DNA of 64,000 bases from Nitrospiraceae bacterium (lineage in GTDB: Bacteria > Nitrospirota > Nitrospiria > Nitrospirales > UBA2166). Numbering within the stretch: the stretch's first letter is position 1; each line of letters begins with the position of its first letter. Below are positions 59,505-64,000 of this stretch, one piece after another. Position numbers and translations under genes: made by a program. The notes under the pieces were generated by a model. That model was not told the origin of the DNA and ran no database searches. It saw only the letters and a list, made by a program, of their open reading frames with translations. The DNA lies in contig PBSN01000008.1 in NCBI GenBank assembly GCA_002726235.1, forward strand, positions 164,643 through 228,642, read 5' to 3'.

Positions 59505-60571
59505 AATAACTCTCTTGTACTGGCGCCTAGTTGCCCACATGCTCCGAAGACATCTGGACCCTTGCTTTTTCTGAGATAGGTGTCGATATTTTGCCGGATA
59601 AGAATATTTTGGAATGCAAGGACGGTGGCTTCATCGGGTTTGGCATAGGATGATCGTGGAATTTCATTAAAAGGGATCAAATTCACCATGCAAGGAATGC
59701 CTCGTATGGAACGGGCAAGCCGGACTGCATCCTGTGGAGAGTCGTTCACCCCTCGCAGAAGAACATATTCAAACGTGAGGCGGCGCCGATGTGGGAGAGG
59801 GAGACTGCGGCACACATCAAGTAACTCGGGAAGAGGACAGATCTTGTTTGCCGCAGGCATGATTGTACGTCGTTGCTCGTTGGTACTTGCATTCAACGAC
59901 ACGGCAAGGTTGACACCGAGTTCAACAATATCGCGAAACTTATTGGGTATTCCTGCAGTAGAGATAGTAATCCGCCTTGGTGAGAGGCCTAGTCCACATC
60001 GTCCATGAATCATGTTTTGGATTGCAGCACGGACTGGCTCAATGTTCGCTAGTGGTTCTCCCATTCCCATCATCACTACGTTTGTCAATCGTGGTGGAGT
60101 CTTGTAGGTTTTCTCAAGATAATCCTGGACGCTTAAAAACTGTCCAATAATTTCCCCAGCATTGAGATTCCGTTTCAATCCAAGTTTAGCGGTAAGGCAA
60201 AACCTACAGTCTAAACTGCATCCGATCTGTGTTGAGATGCAGACAGTACGACGGTCACGTTCCGGGATGAGGACGGTTTCAACTGTGGCACCATCGTGCA
60301 ATTGGATGAGAAATTTCGCTGTCCCGTCCTGAGATTGCAAGACGGTGGTGATTGTTGGCCGCTTGATCGTTGCAATAAAGCCGAGGTGCGTTCGATCGTG
60401 AATCGAGAGATCTGTCATGTCATTGATCTGTGTGACATTTCGTTGGTAGATCCACCGCAGAATTTGCTCGGCACGATATGGTTTCCAGCCCTGCAAATGA
60501 ATGAACCTTTCCATCTCCGGTTTTGTGATCGAGAGGAGATCGAGTTTCTCTTTTGATGCAAATGGGGGCAT
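59486..60571 (-). CDS. rlmN: Dual rRNA/tRNA C2-methyltransferase (radical SAM)
   Basis: CISTQIGCSLDCRFC, MGMGEPL, FEYVLL, NLIPFN, GACGQL. Confidence 0.96.
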   Translation of the reverse strand: MPPFASKEKLDLLSITKPEMERFIHLQGWKPYRAEQILRWIYQRNVTQINDMTDLSIHDRTHLGFIATIKRPTITTVLQSQDGTAKFLIQLHDGATVETVLIPERDRRTVCISTQIGCSLDCRFCLTAKLGLKRNLNAGEIIGQFLSVQDYLEKTYKTPPRLTNVVMMGMGEPLANIEPVRAAIQNMIHGRCGLGLSPRRITISTAGIPNKFRDIVELGVNLAVSLNASTNEQRRTIMPAANKICPLPELLDVCRSLPLPHRRRLTFEYVLLRGVNDSPQDAVRLARSIRGIPCMVNLIPFNEIPRSSYAKPDEATVLAFQNILIRQNIDTYLRKSKGPDVFGACGQLGASTRELLCTMPK

Positions 60572-60641
60572 GTGAATCACGCTATCATAGGCATTTCGTG
60601 TCGAGCAAGACTTCACGTCACGCTAAAATCGCTATGTTACA

Positions 60642-62888
60642 ATGTCTTTAATGCGGCATGTTCGTGCGGTTTTCTGTAGCGTGACTCTTGTCAGTTTCTT
60701 CGGAATCCTCTCTTCTCCAGCGTTGGGAGAAAGCCCATCCGCAATAATGACGTTTGATCACACTCAACAGTGTGCTACAGCTAGAGCCTGTTTTGAATCG
60801 CACGATCTGCGCGTAGTTGTGAGCAGATTTCCGGATTCTGTGTGGGCCTCCCGTGCTCGTTTTTTAATTGGAACACAGTTGATTGAAAATGGCGATCCTG
60901 CTGGACGGTCATTGCTTGCGCATTTGGCCGATAAGCTCTCTCTCGTAGCCGATTATGTTCAGTGGTTTCTTGCAAAGTCATTTTTCATAGAAGATAACTT
61001 TAAGCAAGCTGCACTTGCGTATCGATTGATTAATCAGCGATTTCCAGAGAGTCTTTTGGCGCACCGTGCCCGATATTTTGAAGGGTTCTCATGGTATAGA
61101 TTTGAAGATTGTGATGCTGCGGAAAAACCATTGATGAAGGTTTTTGTTGGGCATTCCGATCATATGGACGTGGATCTTTCCCTTCGTCCGGTATCTGGCC
61201 TTCATCTCGCGGACTGTTACCTGAAACGCGGGCGTACAGGGGATGCCGCAGACGTCCTCTGGCGCGTTTGGACAGATATGCCACACCTCCTTCGTAAAGC
61301 AGATACACAAGCCGCTCTTGTCGCTTTCGAAAGTCTTAAAATTTCAAGCGAACATGCTACAACTGAGCAGTTGTGGCGGCGAGCCGGCGCATTCTTTCAT
61401 GCCGGTCAATATTCAAAAGCTGTGGACGCGTTCACCGTGTATCTTCGTGTTGCGACTGCACAAAGTCATGTGCACAGCGTGGATGGACAGGTAAAGCTTG
61501 GTATCTCGTTGGTAAAAATACGGCGGTTAGACGAAGCTAGGAGGATCTTGGAGAATGCAGTTCAGCAGTTTTCATCTGATGTTGGATCTGAGGCATATCT
61601 ATGGCTCATGCGGACATATCTTCGGTTGGGAGATGGAGAAGAACTCCAAGCTCTTAGCCATAAGGTGGCAACTTTACCTCTCCCTCCATCTACCAATGTT
61701 GCAACTCTCTACTTCCTTGGTTTATGGCAAGAAGATCAGCAGAGTGTGCTAGAAGCACGTAGGACGTATCAGTATGCGATGGAAATAGCTGTTGACGAGC
61801 ATGCGGATGAGTGGACGTACAGTGTGCTGTGGCAGTTAGGGTGGATTTATTTTCGGACAGGAGACTATGTTGAGGCGGTTCAAGTATTTGACCGCATAAT
61901 TGCAAATCCAAGCGGGAGTGGATTTCAGAGAGCTCTCTATTGGAAAGCAATTGCGCTAGAGTACTTAGGTAAAGCAGAGGACAGTCATGTAGTGCTTCTT
62001 GCGCTCTGTGAAGATTTTCCGCATGGATACTACTGTCAGAATACGCGTCGTTATCTTGCCATTTCTCGATCTGGCGAGAAACGTTCACTTTGGTTCGGAT
62101 CCATAGTAGCGGCAAATCGGTCTCTCGATAGAGTTCAGGAGATGATCTTCTTGGGATTAATCAGTGATGCAATGACTATCCTGCAAACTGCTCTTGGGGA
62201 TGATGTCCTTGAATCAGGGCAGTATTTGGCCGTTAGTCAACACCTACAGGCTGTTGGTGCTACGCACCAGTCTCTACGGTTGATGAAACAACGCTTCGCT
62301 GATGTTATTCATGGTGGAGATGACGGTGTGCCGTCGCTGTTCTGGGATTTGGCGTATCCGAAGATGTATATGCCTGTTATCCGGGACGCTATTGCCGAAG
62401 ACTCCATCAATCCCCTTGATCCTTATTTGGTCACTGCGTTGATTCGGGAAGAAAGTGCGTTTGACGCGAGTGCACGGTCAAAGGCTGGTGCATTGGGATT
62501 GATGCAACTCATTCCTCAAACCGCGCATCAGATCGCAATCTCCCGTGAAGTGAAGTTATTTAATTCGAACAGGTTGCTTGATCCTCACCTTAATATTCGA
62601 TTCGGAGTATCGTATTTCCGCTCGTTGCTCAAGCAGTTTGACGGAAACCTTGTTTTTTCGATTGCCGGGTACAATGCGGGTCCTGCCGCAGTCGCGCGGT
62701 GGAAGGATAAGGTGGCGGAAATGTTATGGAATGCGGGGGAGCGTGTGTCTGATGAAGAGAAATTTATTGAATCGATTCCCTATAAGGAAACACGAAATTA
62801 TGTGAAGCGTGTACTCCAAGTATACAGAGAATATCATCGAGTAAATGAGACCGATTGCAGAGTGAGTGCTCTTGACAAACAATGTTGA
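60642..62888 (+). CDS. TPR-containing soluble lytic transglycosylase
   Basis: Signal peptide, TPR-like helices, LIREESAF, GALGLMQL, YNAGP, IPYKETRNYV. Confidence 0.92.
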   Translation: MSLMRHVRAVFCSVTLVSFFGILSSPALGESPSAIMTFDHTQQCATARACFESHDLRVVVSRFPDSVWASRARFLIGTQLIENGDPAGRSLLAHLADKLSLVADYVQWFLAKSFFIEDNFKQAALAYRLINQRFPESLLAHRARYFEGFSWYRFEDCDAAEKPLMKVFVGHSDHMDVDLSLRPVSGLHLADCYLKRGRTGDAADVLWRVWTDMPHLLRKADTQAALVAFESLKISSEHATTEQLWRRAGAFFHAGQYSKAVDAFTVYLRVATAQSHVHSVDGQVKLGISLVKIRRLDEARRILENAVQQFSSDVGSEAYLWLMRTYLRLGDGEELQALSHKVATLPLPPSTNVATLYFLGLWQEDQQSVLEARRTYQYAMEIAVDEHADEWTYSVLWQLGWIYFRTGDYVEAVQVFDRIIANPSGSGFQRALYWKAIALEYLGKAEDSHVVLLALCEDFPHGYYCQNTRRYLAISRSGEKRSLWFGSIVAANRSLDRVQEMIFLGLISDAMTILQTALGDDVLESGQYLAVSQHLQAVGATHQSLRLMKQRFADVIHGGDDGVPSLFWDLAYPKMYMPVIRDAIAEDSINPLDPYLVTALIREESAFDASARSKAGALGLMQLIPQTAHQIAISREVKLFNSNRLLDPHLNIRFGVSYFRSLLKQFDGNLVFSIAGYNAGPAAVARWKDKVAEMLWNAGERVSDEEKFIESIPYKETRNYVKRVLQVYREYHRVNETDCRVSALDKQC

Positions 62889-62900
62889 ACGTCGTACGAT
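62872..62900 (+). promoter_or_regulatory. Putative zapB-zapA promoter
   Basis: TTGACA, 17 nt spacer, TACGAT. Confidence 0.6.
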
Positions 62901-62944
62901 TTTTATCGGAATATTTGTAGAAATGCACAATATATTGGGCCATC

Positions 62945-63205
62945 ATGGAAACGAAGATACTTGATGTTCTCGATTCGAGGATTAAAGGGTTGCTTCAGGT
63001 CATCCATGATCTGCAACGTAAGAATGCGATGATGGTGATGCAGCTTGAGGAAGTAGAATTGAGATTGGAAAAACAAGCAGGTGAGGTTGGCCGATGGGAA
63101 GGCGAACGGCAGATGGTTCGAGATAAGATCGAATCTGTTCTGAATGAGCTTGAGTTGGTTGGTGATTCACCTCGGGGTACTGCTGTGATAAACGGTGAAG
63201 ATTGA
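62945..63205 (+). CDS. zapB: ZapB-like coiled-coil cell division protein
   Basis: 86-aa heptad coiled coil, ER..VRDKIE.VL; 4-nt overlap with zapA. Confidence 0.75.
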   Translation: METKILDVLDSRIKGLLQVIHDLQRKNAMMVMQLEEVELRLEKQAGEVGRWEGERQMVRDKIESVLNELELVGDSPRGTAVINGED

Positions 63206-63504
63206 AAACGGTGAAGAATGAAGTTGAGGTGGAAGTTTTTGGCCAGAAGCATACCGTCATTGGCGATGGTGAGCCGTCCTACATCAAGGAACTCGCGCAG
63301 TATGTTGATCAGGCCATGGTACGCTTAGCAGGCAATATGCGTAGGGAAACTGCTGCGAGGTTAGCCACCTTAGTCGCGATTAATTGTGCCGACGAGTTGT
63401 TTCGTTTGCGGAAAGAACGTAATGATGACCTGCACATGGTTACTGTGTGGGCAACAAATACGATTGAGTTGATTGAGCAGGAAATGGAGGTAGCATCCCA
63501 ATGA
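63202..63504 (+). CDS. zapA: Cell division protein ZapA
   Basis: VEVFGQ, YIKELAQYVD..M, LVAINCADEL. Confidence 0.92.
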   Translation: MKTVKNEVEVEVFGQKHTVIGDGEPSYIKELAQYVDQAMVRLAGNMRRETAARLATLVAINCADELFRLRKERNDDLHMVTVWATNTIELIEQEMEVASQ

Positions 63505-63900
63505 AGATCGTAATAGATGGTGTGAACAGGCTTTGGTGTTTAGTTTTTGTAAATTTTACTGCATAGTCAGTGTTAGATTGTCCTAAGGAGAAGGAGATAG
63601 TCGTTTCCTAATTGGAGGCGGTGGTGGCGTAGCACGGTACTTGGTAAAGGTTGATGTGCAGGAGGAAGACTGGTTCAAAGTGTATGTCGTGAAACTGACA
63701 TACTAGTGTTTGTGTTGTGGGTGCGCTGAATACTGTACTGGGATTAGAAGATGGTGGGTGATACGTGTGGGTCTGTAGCGGAGAAGGTTGTCATTGGCCT
63801 CGTGAAAGGAACTGTATTCGTGGCATTTCAGGAGGTTTTCGCCAACGATGAGCTCTAGGCTCATTCGGGAATAATATTTTCATTTAGCTTTTATTACACC

Positions 63901-64000
63901 CTAACTTCTAGTTCTCTCTTCAAGTAATTCTTTAGCGCACTGCTCGCGGTCTTGCTCAACGACTTTTCCCGTTTTTCTGCTCCCGTCCTTCATAATGCAG
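63901..64000 (-). CDS. Possible 3' end of a gene entering from the window edge
   Basis: Open frame CIMKDGSRKTGKVVEQDREQCAKELLEERTRS ending in TAG at 63903-63901. Confidence 0.35.
   Translation of the reverse strand, partial: CIMKDGSRKTGKVVEQDREQCAKELLEERTRS

Noticed and set aside
1..64000. Numerous 60-190 aa ORFs antisense or out of frame within identified genes (e.g. 8089-8667, 32228-32761, 48564-49091)
   Set aside because: They are shadows of well-supported genes, with no motifs or ribosome-binding sites
1..64000. CRISPR arrays, tRNA/rRNA, IS elements, integrases, defence systems
   Set aside because: I saw no spaced repeats, cloverleafs, terminal inverted repeats or relevant protein motifs by eye

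Overview
This is an ordinary bacterial chromosome segment of roughly 50% GC, densely coding. I saw no rRNA, tRNA, CRISPR array, transposase or integrase. Gene content and order are compatible with a diderm of the Nitrospirota/Deltaproteobacteria type (inference only). Core blocks: rsmI; tusA-like gene divergent from moaC, a fused moaD-moaE and moaA; rpsT with holA-lptE-leuS; hpnH; tatA; an RND pump pair; an NSS symporter; mutM; ribE; ilvB-ilvN-ilvC-psd-pssA-leuA-leuB-asd; gpsA-larB-larC-pdxA-DUF3047; ahcY; surA-like gene divergent from mreBCD-mrdA-rodA-rng-topA-atpZ; rlmN-larE; a lytic transglycosylase; zapB-zapA. An accessory stretch at about 34.9-47.5 kb is rich in exported and probably metal-binding proteins: a PQQ-type dehydrogenase with an anchor domain, a cupredoxin-like protein coupled to an ArsB/NhaD transporter and a CBS protein, a double-CHRD protein, a lamin-tail lipoprotein, SCO and an exported HEAT-repeat protein. 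Best leads are the nickel-pincer cofactor genes without larA, the putative periplasmic copper cluster, a membrane-anchored PAS-only protein, an unknown gene behind hpnH, two structured leaders, a MoaX-like fusion, an unlisted small ORF and one frameshifted oxidoreductase. All calls come from reading motifs; no database search was run.
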